NCBI GenBank assembly: GCA_902762495.1 | Contig: CACWOL010000006.1 | Coordinates: forward strand, 3,771 to 67,770 | From: an uncultured bacterium | GTDB taxonomy: Bacteria > Verrucomicrobiota > Lentisphaeria > Victivallales > UBA1829 | DNA: 64,000 bases | Reading direction: 5' to 3' | Shown: positions 40,754-49,973 of the stretch, one piece after another | Layout: each line of letters opens with the position of its first letter | Numbering within the stretch: the stretch's first letter is position 1 | Translations under genes and position numbers: made by a program | The notes under the pieces: model-generated | The model's database searches: none | What the model saw: the letters and a program-made list of their open reading frames with translations, nothing else | Told to the model about the DNA's origin: nothing

Positions 40754-42442
40754 ATGAAACTTATCTTCACAAACGAAAAACGATCCATCGATCTTCCGGC
40801 CGGCTGCCGTCTGGTCATCGGACGGCAGGAGGACGCCGACATCCGAATCCCGGACAAACGCGTTTCTCGCCGCCACGCCGAAATCACGGAAGAGAACGGG
40901 AATGTGTTCGTCCGGGACTTGGGAAGCCATGCCGGAACGAAGAAAAACGGCGTCGGTATTACGGATAAAACGCAGCTGGCCGCGGGTGACGTCCTGAAGA
41001 TCGCCGACTTCGAATTCATGGTCAGACCGAATTCTTCTGTCACCTCGAACAGCGTGCCGCTCGCGCCTCAACAGCAGGCAATGCCGCCGATGGATGCGAT
41101 TCCGGGAAACGAAGGCCACACGCTTCCCCTCTACACGGCTCAGGCGGATCAGGAGAGTCTTTTTACGGAAAGCATGATGCAGTTGTCGAAACGCGTCCAG
41201 ACACGCGTGCTGGAACTGCTCAACGTGAGCAATGAGAAGCAGAACAACCTTTCCAACGCGGCCATGCGTCCGCAGGTGGAGTCCGCCCTGGACCAGATCC
41301 TCCGGGAAATCCGGCATGAGATTCCCCCGGATGTGAACATTGACCTGCTCCGGCAAACGCTGATGGACAACCTGATCGGCCTCGGTCCGCTTTCCCCGCT
41401 TCTGCGCGACACGTCCATTTCCGAGATCATGATCAACGGTCCGGAACATATTTTCATTGAAAGCAAAGGCCTGCAGTACCGGACCCCGTCCAAATTCCAC
41501 AGCGAGGCGCATCTGCAGTCGATCATCCAGCGAATCGTGGAGCCGCTGGGACGTCATATCGACGCGGCGTCCCCGATGGTAGACGCCCGACTCAAGGACG
41601 GTTCCCGCGTGAACGCGGTCATTCCCCCGCTCGCGCTCGACGGTTCCCTGGTCACGATCCGCAAATTCCCGTCGAAGAAGCTGACCTCGGACGATCTGGA
41701 GAAATTCGGAAGCCTGACGCACGCCATGACGCTTTTTTTGAAGGAGGCGGTCCGCGCCCGCAGAAACATCCTGGTCTCCGGCGGCACGGGATCCGGCAAG
41801 ACGACGCTCCTGAACATCCTTTCGCTGTTCATCCCCGAAAAGGAACGCATCATCACGGTCGAGGACTCGGCGGAACTGAAGCTGACGCACGAAAACCTCT
41901 GCCGGCTGGAAGCGCGCCCCGCAAACGTCGAGGGCCAGGGCCGGATCACGATTCGAGATCTGGTCATCAACACGCTCCGTATGCGTCCCGACCGGATCAT
42001 CGTCGGCGAATGCCGCGGCCCGGAGGCGCTTGACATGCTTCAGGCGATGAACACAGGCCACGACGGCTCCATGACGACCTGCCACGCGAACACGCCGCGC
42101 GACGCGCTGTCCCGTCTGGAAAACATGGTCATGATGGCCGGATTCGAGCTGCCGTCCACCGCGATCCGCGAACAGATCGCCTCGGCGATCCACCTGATCG
42201 TCCAGCAGACCCGTCTGCCGGACGGCTCGCGCAAGATCGTGAAGATCAGCGAGGTCACCGGCCGCGAAAACGGCATCATCCTGATGCAGGACATCTTCAA
42301 CTTCGAACAGGAAGGGTTCGACGAGAAATTCCATGTCATCGGGCACCATACGGCGACCGGCAACATCCCGCGTTTTATCGATGAACTTCGGCAGTCCGGC
42401 GACCTGCAGCTGGACATGTCGGTATTCGTACCGGAGAGCTGA
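40754..42442 (+). CDS. cpaF: TadA/CpaF assembly ATPase with an N-terminal FHA domain
   Basis: FHA: IGRQED..VSRRHAEI..VRDLGS; ATPase: SGGTGSGKTT, VEDSAEL, MRPDRIIVGECRG, TCHAN. Confidence 0.93.
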   Translation: MKLIFTNEKRSIDLPAGCRLVIGRQEDADIRIPDKRVSRRHAEITEENGNVFVRDLGSHAGTKKNGVGITDKTQLAAGDVLKIADFEFMVRPNSSVTSNSVPLAPQQQAMPPMDAIPGNEGHTLPLYTAQADQESLFTESMMQLSKRVQTRVLELLNVSNEKQNNLSNAAMRPQVESALDQILREIRHEIPPDVNIDLLRQTLMDNLIGLGPLSPLLRDTSISEIMINGPEHIFIESKGLQYRTPSKFHSEAHLQSIIQRIVEPLGRHIDAASPMVDARLKDGSRVNAVIPPLALDGSLVTIRKFPSKKLTSDDLEKFGSLTHAMTLFLKEAVRARRNILVSGGTGSGKTTLLNILSLFIPEKERIITVEDSAELKLTHENLCRLEARPANVEGQGRITIRDLVINTLRMRPDRIIVGECRGPEALDMLQAMNTGHDGSMTTCHANTPRDALSRLENMVMMAGFELPSTAIREQIASAIHLIVQQTRLPDGSRKIVKISEVTGRENGIILMQDIFNFEQEGFDEKFHVIGHHTATGNIPRFIDELRQSGDLQLDMSVFVPES

Positions 42443-42448
42443 GGCGAC

Positions 42449-43345
42449 ATGGATCTTCCCATTTTACAGAAATTCGGTATCTGCCTGCTGGTCTTCGCCG
42501 CGGTCTTCCTGCTGATCTTCCTGTCGGTCGGAATGGTCCAGGGGATCAGCATGGAGCATTATGACCACAAGGTGAAGGACAAGACCGCCGGGGGACACCG
42601 CAACGACATCGGATATTTCGTCGCGCCCAGGGTCCTGCTTCAGATTCAGATCTCGATCGGCACGCTTCTGATGGCGCTCATCGTCGCGATCCTGCTGTTC
42701 TGCAAGGTGTTCATGATCTATGTGCTGGTCCCGGTCAGCCTGCTGGCGCTCGGCCTCGGATTCGTGCTGCCGGTCCTGTATTATTCCCGCAAAGTGAAGA
42801 AACGCGCAAGCGATTTCGAGGGCAGTATCCTCGACCTCTCCATGGGACTGACCAGCGGACTTCGCGCCGGACAGGCCTTGCCGCAGGCGCTGGAAGTCTT
42901 TGCCCGGCGCAGCGAGGGGACGCTCAAGGAGGAACTGGATATCGTCCTGCGGGAATACCGGCTCGGCGTGGAGCTGCCGGATGCGCTTCAGCGCATGTAC
43001 GACCGTCTGCCCTGCGAGGATTTGCAGCTCCTGATCGTGTCGATCCGCCTGACGCTGCAATCGGGCGGAAGTCTGGCGGACGTCCTCCAGCGCATCACGC
43101 AGACGATCCGCGGTCGAATCGAGTTCCAGCAGAAACTGAGGGCGCTGACGGCGCAGGGCCGGTTCGAGGCGCTCGCCATGTCCCTGGCGCCCCTGCTGGC
43201 GTTCGTGCTTCTGTTCGTCATCAACAACGACCTGATGCTGCCGATGGTGCAGACGCTGATCGGATGGTGCGCCATCGGGGTCATGCTGACGCTGGAAACC
43301 ATTGGTTATTTCGTAATCCGGGCAATCGTGGATGTGAAGGTGTAA
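42449..43345 (+). CDS. tadB: TadB (T2SS F family)
   Basis: GLRAGQALPQAL, LQSGGSLADVL, LTAQGR, three TM segments. Confidence 0.88.
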   Translation: MDLPILQKFGICLLVFAAVFLLIFLSVGMVQGISMEHYDHKVKDKTAGGHRNDIGYFVAPRVLLQIQISIGTLLMALIVAILLFCKVFMIYVLVPVSLLALGLGFVLPVLYYSRKVKKRASDFEGSILDLSMGLTSGLRAGQALPQALEVFARRSEGTLKEELDIVLREYRLGVELPDALQRMYDRLPCEDLQLLIVSIRLTLQSGGSLADVLQRITQTIRGRIEFQQKLRALTAQGRFEALAMSLAPLLAFVLLFVINNDLMLPMVQTLIGWCAIGVMLTLETIGYFVIRAIVDVKV

Positions 43346-43346
43346 C

Positions 43347-44255
43347 ATGAACCCTACAACTATTTATCTGCTTACATTTCTTGCGGTGCTCATGCCGTTT
43401 ATGGTGTACGTCCTGTTTGCGAACAACACCCCGGCATCGAACGCAAAAAGGAAACAGGAGGAGGAAGATCTTCCCTCGCTGTTCCGGTTCTGCCTGACCC
43501 CGGCAAAAATCATGGATGCGATCGGGATCGGCAGCCTGATCCACAGGCTGTTCCCCGCGCAATGCCGCGCCATGCGGAAGAAGCTCCAGTATGCTGGGCT
43601 GAACGTATCCCCTGAATTTATTTATCAGACGCGGGTGTTCCTGATGTTCCTGCTGGGGGCGCTGGGCGCGTTGGGCGCGTGGATGGTAGTCGAGCCCGAC
43701 CAGCAGGGCGCCATTCCGGTCGCCGGACTGATCGGTGCTTTCATCGGCTGGTTCCTGCCCGGCACCACAGTCGGAAATCTGGTTCAGACACGCCAGACGA
43801 AGATTCTTCAGGCGATCCCGTTTTCCATCGACCTGATCTCGTCGGCGATGCGCGGCGGACTGGACTTCAGCGCGGCGATCCGTTTCTACGTGACGCTGGG
43901 GGTTGGTGGTCCGCTGACAGATGAATACAGGACCATGCTCCGGGAAATGGAGCTCGGCGTGATTCGCACGGTCGCGCTTCAGAACATGGCGGAACGAATC
44001 CAGCTCAAGGAGTTCACGTCGTTCGCCTCCGCCGTCGTGATGGGGACCGAACTCGGCGCTTCGCTGGCGGAAACGATGGAGATCCAGAGCGAGGAAATGC
44101 GGAAACTCCGGTTCTCCATCGCCGAATGCAAAGCGCAGCGCGCGCCCTCGCTGATGCTGCTCCCGATGGCGCTTTTCATCCTTCCGGCAGTGTTCATCAT
44201 CATCCTTACTCCGGTCTTTCTGAAAATGAAGGAATCGGGCGTTCCGTTGTTCTGA
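43347..44255 (+). CDS. tadC: TadC (T2SS F family)
   Basis: DLISSAMRGGLDF, ELGASLAETM, KAQRAPSLMLLPM..FILP. Confidence 0.88.
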   Translation: MNPTTIYLLTFLAVLMPFMVYVLFANNTPASNAKRKQEEEDLPSLFRFCLTPAKIMDAIGIGSLIHRLFPAQCRAMRKKLQYAGLNVSPEFIYQTRVFLMFLLGALGALGAWMVVEPDQQGAIPVAGLIGAFIGWFLPGTTVGNLVQTRQTKILQAIPFSIDLISSAMRGGLDFSAAIRFYVTLGVGGPLTDEYRTMLREMELGVIRTVALQNMAERIQLKEFTSFASAVVMGTELGASLAETMEIQSEEMRKLRFSIAECKAQRAPSLMLLPMALFILPAVFIIILTPVFLKMKESGVPLF

Positions 44256-44264
44256 GGAGCTGAA

Positions 44265-45749
44265 ATGATGCAGAAGTACTACAAGATACAATTTACCGGC
44301 GGAGAGCTTTCCGGCAGGTCCTTCATCATACCCGCCGAGGGGCTCATGATCGGGAAATCCCATGCGGCGGACATCCGTCCCGGCGGAAACGACATCACGA
44401 TCAAGCATGTTTCCCTGTATGTCCGGGAAACGGACTCCGCGCTTATCCTGAAGTCCCACGCCGAATCCGTGTTTATCGAAGACAAACAGCTGGAACCCGA
44501 TCAGGAAGCGGAGCTTGCCCCTGGAACGAACGTGCGTCTGGGAAAGAGTCTGGTGTTCCATGCCGAGGAGGAGGAAGGAACGATCCCGGTCACGCTGCCG
44601 TCGCCCTTCTCTCCCGGCGACGACGAGCCGACGGAGGACAGCACGGTCGACGGAGATAATGAGGCAAACGGGGAAACCAGCGAAGACAGGACCCGGTATG
44701 CCTCGGAGGACGAACTCAAAGATCTGAGACTGTTCCTTCGGAAACAGACCAGCCGGAAGAAGTTCACGATCGCCTTCTCGATCATCCTGCTGCTTGCGAT
44801 CGTCGGCGGCGGTTATCTCTATACCGAGCTGCAGATTGAGAATCCCGTGACCTGGCCTGGAGAAGTGTCCGGCGTATACAACGATGATGAATTCCGCATT
44901 GAGCTGGAGCCGCAGGGGAAGTTCATGATGTACTATCCGGTATGCGCCCAGACGAAAGTGGAGAAAACGGAGACGAATTGCGAAGTCCTGACCCTTCTGG
45001 GCAAACACCTGGACGTCGTGTTCCACCTGAAACTCGAAGTGAATCCGGTGCCGGACGGTTATGTCGTTTCGCGCAAGGAAAGCTTCGGCCGCTGGCGCAA
45101 GGATGCGGAGGAAAACAAGGGTTTCACGTTCCTCGGTCCGCCGGAAGACAAGTTCTACGCGATCTCGACCTGCGGCTTCCCGTATCAGTCGATGGAGTAT
45201 AAACGGGCCGACGAGGTCATGCAGTGGCAGGGATTCGTCTGCTATATGCGTTATCACGACCAGGAGATTATCCTCACGCGCGAAGTCCCGGTCCAGCATT
45301 ACTGGCGAGCGGAACAAGTCGTGACCAATTACGGCTGCTTCGTCGCTTCGCCGGATGCCGCGAACAGTTATTGGGAGATCCCGGAGGATATCCCGGAGAA
45401 CGCTTCCAAAACGGAGCTTTACCGTTCTCTTCTGTCAAAATGGATGATGAACAATGCCGCGATCACCAACTGGCCGGAAATCAAAAAGGAGTTCGCCCTT
45501 CTGCTTTCGCTTTCCGGAAAGGCGAACGACGAGGATATGATGCATGACGCTCTGGAGCTCCTGGCTGAATTTCGTGATAGGCAGGCGCTCTGGTATGCTC
45601 AGGCGTGTCTGGCCCATCAGCATTACGAACAGGAGGAGAACTGGCACATGATGAAAAATGTCCTCAACTCATCTTTGTCCAAATTCCCGACCCCCGATGA
45701 TTATCGGCATATCAGAATCCTGCACAACATCTGGACACTTGACGAATGA
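44265..45749 (+). CDS. Membrane protein with a degenerate N-terminal FHA domain and a large extracytoplasmic C-terminus
   Basis: IGKSHAADI..ITIKH (FHA-like); acidic linker; TM KKFTIAFSIILLLAIVGGGYLY. Confidence 0.65.
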   Translation: MMQKYYKIQFTGGELSGRSFIIPAEGLMIGKSHAADIRPGGNDITIKHVSLYVRETDSALILKSHAESVFIEDKQLEPDQEAELAPGTNVRLGKSLVFHAEEEEGTIPVTLPSPFSPGDDEPTEDSTVDGDNEANGETSEDRTRYASEDELKDLRLFLRKQTSRKKFTIAFSIILLLAIVGGGYLYTELQIENPVTWPGEVSGVYNDDEFRIELEPQGKFMMYYPVCAQTKVEKTETNCEVLTLLGKHLDVVFHLKLEVNPVPDGYVVSRKESFGRWRKDAEENKGFTFLGPPEDKFYAISTCGFPYQSMEYKRADEVMQWQGFVCYMRYHDQEIILTREVPVQHYWRAEQVVTNYGCFVASPDAANSYWEIPEDIPENASKTELYRSLLSKWMMNNAAITNWPEIKKEFALLLSLSGKANDEDMMHDALELLAEFRDRQALWYAQACLAHQHYEQEENWHMMKNVLNSSLSKFPTPDDYRHIRILHNIWTLDE

Positions 45750-48097
45750 CTCTTTTCCATTCAAAAAAACAACAGAACGAACCGGAAGACAATGGACGGA
45801 AACCCCGGAAACGGGGCATCGGTTGTTGTCTTGAAATCCGCTGCCGCGGCAAACTGGTCCAGACGCTTCTGCTGGACGATCCGGACAAGGACCTGACTAT
45901 CGGACGGGCGGAAGACAACGATCTGGTCATCCCGAAGGACGACCGCTCCTGCGGAGAGCATCACGCGAAACTGCGCATCGTCCAGAACGGCGTGAAGTTG
46001 ACCGCGTGTGAAAAGAACCGGATCCATTTCCACGGGGAAAGCGTTTCCTCGACCGTTCTGAAGAAGAACGACCGGGCTTCCATCGGCGATTCCGAGATCT
46101 TTGTCCAATCGACCTCGGAAGCCGCATTCGCTCCCTGCGACGTGCATCGACTGGAAACCCACGGCGGCGAACGGAACGGCGAAATGATCCGCCTGGAAAA
46201 AAGCCCGTTCAAAATCGGGTCCGCGGCGGACAACGATCTGGTCCTGAAATCCGACGTCGTATCCAGGCATCACGCTGAGATCAGGATCGCGGACAACGGC
46301 GAGACCTGGCTGCGGGACATGGGGAGCTCCAACGGCACGTTCGTCAACGGGGAACGGCTGAAGCGTCAGGAACGCATGCTGATGGATCTGGACGAGATAT
46401 CCTTCGCCTGTTTCGATTATGCTTTCCTCGACAAAAATGTCGTGCATACGCGGACTCATTTCGGGAAAAAGATCCTGATCCTGGTATTTACGCTGTTCGT
46501 AGCCGCGGGCGTTTTCGGGCTGTATTACATGATGTCGCCGAAAACGGAGACCGTGATCGACGTGATCGACTATTACCTGAGACAGAACAATTACGACGCT
46601 GCGAAACGCATCCTGAACAGGATGCCTGATTCCAAAGGCTTCCAGCGCTATAAAAAACAATTCACGGACTATGCCTCCAGCATCCCGAATTACGAAAACA
46701 CCTACAATGCCCTTCTTTCATTCCGTAATGAATTGAAGGAGACCCAGTGGAACACCGCCGCGGAGAGTTTCGGGAAACTCGAACTGGAGAATCCCGATGC
46801 GTGGAATCAGGCGGATCCCCAGACGCCCGTCATCCAGCATCAGATCCAGGAGGAAAAGAAGTTGCTGGATACCCAGCTTTCCTTGCGCAATATGGCGACC
46901 TCCCTGGATACGACCGTCGACGAACTGAAGGCAAAATGGAAGGAGATGCAGCCCCTGCAGACACGCCTGAAGGACGAGCTGGAGGCTGAGCCGGCAACGG
47001 TCCCGGATTATCTGCAGCCGCTCTATCAGGCAATCCTGCATCAATTGTCGGATCTGGAGAATGACTGCGGTCTGCTTCAAAAGATCGAATCGAAACTGAA
47101 CGATCTGTCCGATAGCGGAGATTTGAAGCAGATCACCGACCTCGTCGATTTCCTGACGAACGATGACAGCGATATTTCCGGTATCCTCAAAGTTTACAAG
47201 CGCGACCTGCTGAACAGGATGAAAATCATCCGGGGCAACCTCGAATCGCTGGATGAAAACGATCAGGCGCTGTTCGACCTGCGGCTGGACGAGCTTCGCG
47301 TCGTCAAACTCATTTCCTCGGACGACTGCGTCATGATCCCGCAGCTGTATAGACTCCGGGAACACATGGGGGAGCGTCTTCTGGCACAGTTCCGCGGACG
47401 GGACCAGTGGCGGGGGCTTCAGGAGTCTCTCGCAATCTATCGTCTCGAACCGGGCAAAATCCCCGAAGAGATCGCGATCTTTTCCAACGAAGCACTGCTG
47501 GAACGCGTCTTTTCGCTTTCCGATCTCTCCCCGTCAGGGACCAGGTCCGTTTCGGCGGAATACGAAAAGCTCTTCGGAGAACGTTATTTCTACGAGATCC
47601 TGCAGCAGACGGTCCATTCCTCCAACAACCTTTACGCGTCCGATCTGCTCCCGGACATTCAGTACATCCCGCAGTGCATCATGCTGAAGGACATGTACCA
47701 GAAGGTCTTCGGCGCTCTGCTCTGGTGCAATCTGCCGCAGAACGAGTGGATGATGCACGGCAAGATCCAAAAGACGAAAGAGTATTACCAGGCGATCATG
47801 AATACGCGGAAATACGTCCTGAACGCCTGCTCGAACATTGCCGCCCGGCACAAAAACAACCGGCAGTATTTCCTCGCGAAAACGGCGTATTTCTTCTTTG
47901 CCCCGGGCGGACCGGACGTCCCGGCGCAGATGCAGGCGTTCGGCGAGGAATGGCGCAAATTCCGCATGGAACAGCAGAACTACATCTACTCGTACGATCC
48001 GATGGACGAAGCGAAGGCGGCGCAGATCAAGGAGTATGCGATCAAGAACGGCATCCCCGGCGATCCGCTTTTCAACTGGGTCAGGAGTCTGGACTGA
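45746..48097 (+). CDS. Membrane protein with two FHA domains and a long helical extracytoplasmic region
   Basis: IGRAEDNDLVI..EHHAKL; IGSAADNDLVL..VSRHHAEI..RDMGSSNGTFVNG; TM KKILILVFTLFVAAGVFGLYY. Confidence 0.78.
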   Translation: MTLFHSKKQQNEPEDNGRKPRKRGIGCCLEIRCRGKLVQTLLLDDPDKDLTIGRAEDNDLVIPKDDRSCGEHHAKLRIVQNGVKLTACEKNRIHFHGESVSSTVLKKNDRASIGDSEIFVQSTSEAAFAPCDVHRLETHGGERNGEMIRLEKSPFKIGSAADNDLVLKSDVVSRHHAEIRIADNGETWLRDMGSSNGTFVNGERLKRQERMLMDLDEISFACFDYAFLDKNVVHTRTHFGKKILILVFTLFVAAGVFGLYYMMSPKTETVIDVIDYYLRQNNYDAAKRILNRMPDSKGFQRYKKQFTDYASSIPNYENTYNALLSFRNELKETQWNTAAESFGKLELENPDAWNQADPQTPVIQHQIQEEKKLLDTQLSLRNMATSLDTTVDELKAKWKEMQPLQTRLKDELEAEPATVPDYLQPLYQAILHQLSDLENDCGLLQKIESKLNDLSDSGDLKQITDLVDFLTNDDSDISGILKVYKRDLLNRMKIIRGNLESLDENDQALFDLRLDELRVVKLISSDDCVMIPQLYRLREHMGERLLAQFRGRDQWRGLQESLAIYRLEPGKIPEEIAIFSNEALLERVFSLSDLSPSGTRSVSAEYEKLFGERYFYEILQQTVHSSNNLYASDLLPDIQYIPQCIMLKDMYQKVFGALLWCNLPQNEWMMHGKIQKTKEYYQAIMNTRKYVLNACSNIAARHKNNRQYFLAKTAYFFFAPGGPDVPAQMQAFGEEWRKFRMEQQNYIYSYDPMDEAKAAQIKEYAIKNGIPGDPLFNWVRSLD

Positions 48098-48291
48098 TGA
48101 TGAGACGGATCAAACATGCCGTCCTTCTGGAGTACACCCTCCTCGTGTGCTCCATCCTGCCGCTGGTCTTCGCCACGTCGGCCGCCGTCTATTCCGGCAA
48201 CCTGTTTTCCGGCGGGTTCGGGGCGATCGGAAAGTCCGTCGTGTATCTGTACCAGAGGATCGTAACCGTCATTTCCCTGCCCATCCCGTGA
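48097..48291 (+). CDS. 64-aa Flp-like pilin with His at -1
   Basis: MMRRIKH|AVLLEYTLLVCSILPLVF; overlaps both neighbouring genes; not isolated in the ORF track. Confidence 0.65.
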   Translation: MMRRIKHAVLLEYTLLVCSILPLVFATSAAVYSGNLFSGGFGAIGKSVVYLYQRIVTVISLPIP

Positions 48292-49121
48292 AGCTCCCGA
48301 TCCCCGACATCCCGAACGATCCCGGCGATCCGCTGGACTGGCTGTGCCGCGCCGACAAGCTGGGGTTTCTGCTCAGTCCGGTTGACGGGTCTTTGGAGGA
48401 GTTCCGGTCTAAAGTCGAGGAGATGCGGCAGGAACTCCACTTTGAGCTTCCCGCGGGCGAACCCGAACTGCCGCCGGACGCGGCGGAACTTCCGCCCGGC
48501 ATCCGCGAGAAGGCGGAACAGATCGTATTCGATTTGTACGGTATCCGTCCGTCCTGGGTCCTGGCGTATCTCTCCACGCGGGAAACGGGGCGCTTTTCCG
48601 CAGGCGTCACGGCCATTTATCTGACAGATGAGGGACCGTGGGCCCCAGTTATCTTCCTGTCCGGGGCGTTCCGGACGAAGACCCGCTGTCGCGGCTATGA
48701 CGCCGCCGAAACGCTCGCCCACGAAATGGTCCATGCGGTCCGGGCGGATTTCCCTTCCGAGGCGTATGACGAGTATTTCCCCTGCCAGGTGCATAAATCG
48801 CGTTTCCGCCGCGCGGCCGGAAACTTCTTCCGCAAGTGGTACATCCCCGTCCTGTTCTTCTGCGGCCTGACGTTCTCGGTCCTGCGTCCGGAGTTCCTGA
48901 TCCTTCCGCTTCTGGTCTTGCTCCGGGAACTCCAGCTGTCGGCGCGCATCCGGTCGGCGGCAGACAAAGTGCGTGAAATCGGCCTGCGTCCGATGCCGGT
49001 CCTGCTGCGGCTCTCCGACAAAGAAATCAAGATGCTGGCGCGGGGAAAACTCCCCGCCTGCCTGTCGGAATCCGGATCACTCCGCCGGGATCTCTTTTTC
49101 CGGCGTTTCCAGGCACGATAA
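48288..49121 (+). CDS. Putative membrane-anchored zinc metalloprotein (HExxH)
   Basis: GTG start overlapping the upstream TGA; AETLAHEMVHAVR; C-terminal hydrophobic segment. Confidence 0.6.
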   Translation: MKLPIPDIPNDPGDPLDWLCRADKLGFLLSPVDGSLEEFRSKVEEMRQELHFELPAGEPELPPDAAELPPGIREKAEQIVFDLYGIRPSWVLAYLSTRETGRFSAGVTAIYLTDEGPWAPVIFLSGAFRTKTRCRGYDAAETLAHEMVHAVRADFPSEAYDEYFPCQVHKSRFRRAAGNFFRKWYIPVLFFCGLTFSVLRPEFLILPLLVLLRELQLSARIRSAADKVREIGLRPMPVLLRLSDKEIKMLARGKLPACLSESGSLRRDLFFRRFQAR

Positions 49122-49973
49122 GGGCACGTCGGGCAGCAGAAGGGAATCCAATTCATCCAAAACGGCATCCGCGTCGGGAGGCCGGTTTCCGGGCTCCGGT
49201 TCCGCCATCCAGCCGAGCAACCGGACGAAATCCAGCGTGGCGAACGGCTGCAGATCGCGCATCAGGCTCTCCGGGCGGCTTTCCCGGATGAGTGCCCCCG
49301 TCTCCTTCAATCCGACGCGCGGGAAACGCGGCTGTCCGGTCAGCAGTTCATAGATCATGGATGACAAACTGAAGAAATCCGTCCGGGCGTCGGCTTTTGT
49401 TGTATCGAGCGTTTGTTCCGGGGACATCGCGGACGGCGTACCGAACACATCGGGCCCTTTTTCCGGGAAGCCTTCCATGCGGGCGATTCCGAAGTCGCCG
49501 AGCCGGATCTCTCCGTCGTCCGCAATCCAGATGTTGCCTGACTTGATATCCCGGTGAACGATCCCGTTCCGGTGCAGTTCCCGCAGGGCGTACAGGACTT
49601 CCTTCATCACATGGACGACCTGGGCGAACTGCAGCTTGCCCTCGCGTTTCATCCGGGCGGAAAGCGATCCGCCGGAAGCGTATTCCAGCTCCACAACGAA
49701 AAACCGTCCGGCGTTGCCGGTCCCCAGAACACGGATCAGCGACCGGCACTCCGAATGTATCATGAACTCCGCCAGCGCGGGCGCCATGGCCGCGTTGCGA
49801 TGGTCGTCCCGGATGAATTTCAGGATGGCCGGCGCGTTCCGTTTTCTGTCGAACACAAACCAGACTTCCTGCCGTGAGTCACGGATGCGTCGCGCCGCCT
49901 GAAGGACGCAGTCCCCGACGATCTCGCTGGGGAAGAATGACGGAGCGCACCCGCCTTCCACGTCGTCCGTCAT
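49077..49973 (-). CDS. Soluble Hanks-type Ser/Thr protein kinase
   Basis: AILK, HRDIKSGN, DFG, FGTPSAMSPE, DFFSL; ATG overlaps the stop of the second cpaF; Gly-rich loop not evident. Confidence 0.85.
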   Translation of the reverse strand: MTDDVEGGCAPSFFPSEIVGDCVLQAARRIRDSRQEVWFVFDRKRNAPAILKFIRDDHRNAAMAPALAEFMIHSECRSLIRVLGTGNAGRFFVVELEYASGGSLSARMKREGKLQFAQVVHVMKEVLYALRELHRNGIVHRDIKSGNIWIADDGEIRLGDFGIARMEGFPEKGPDVFGTPSAMSPEQTLDTTKADARTDFFSLSSMIYELLTGQPRFPRVGLKETGALIRESRPESLMRDLQPFATLDFVRLLGWMAEPEPGNRPPDADAVLDELDSLLLPDVPLSCLETPEKEIPAE

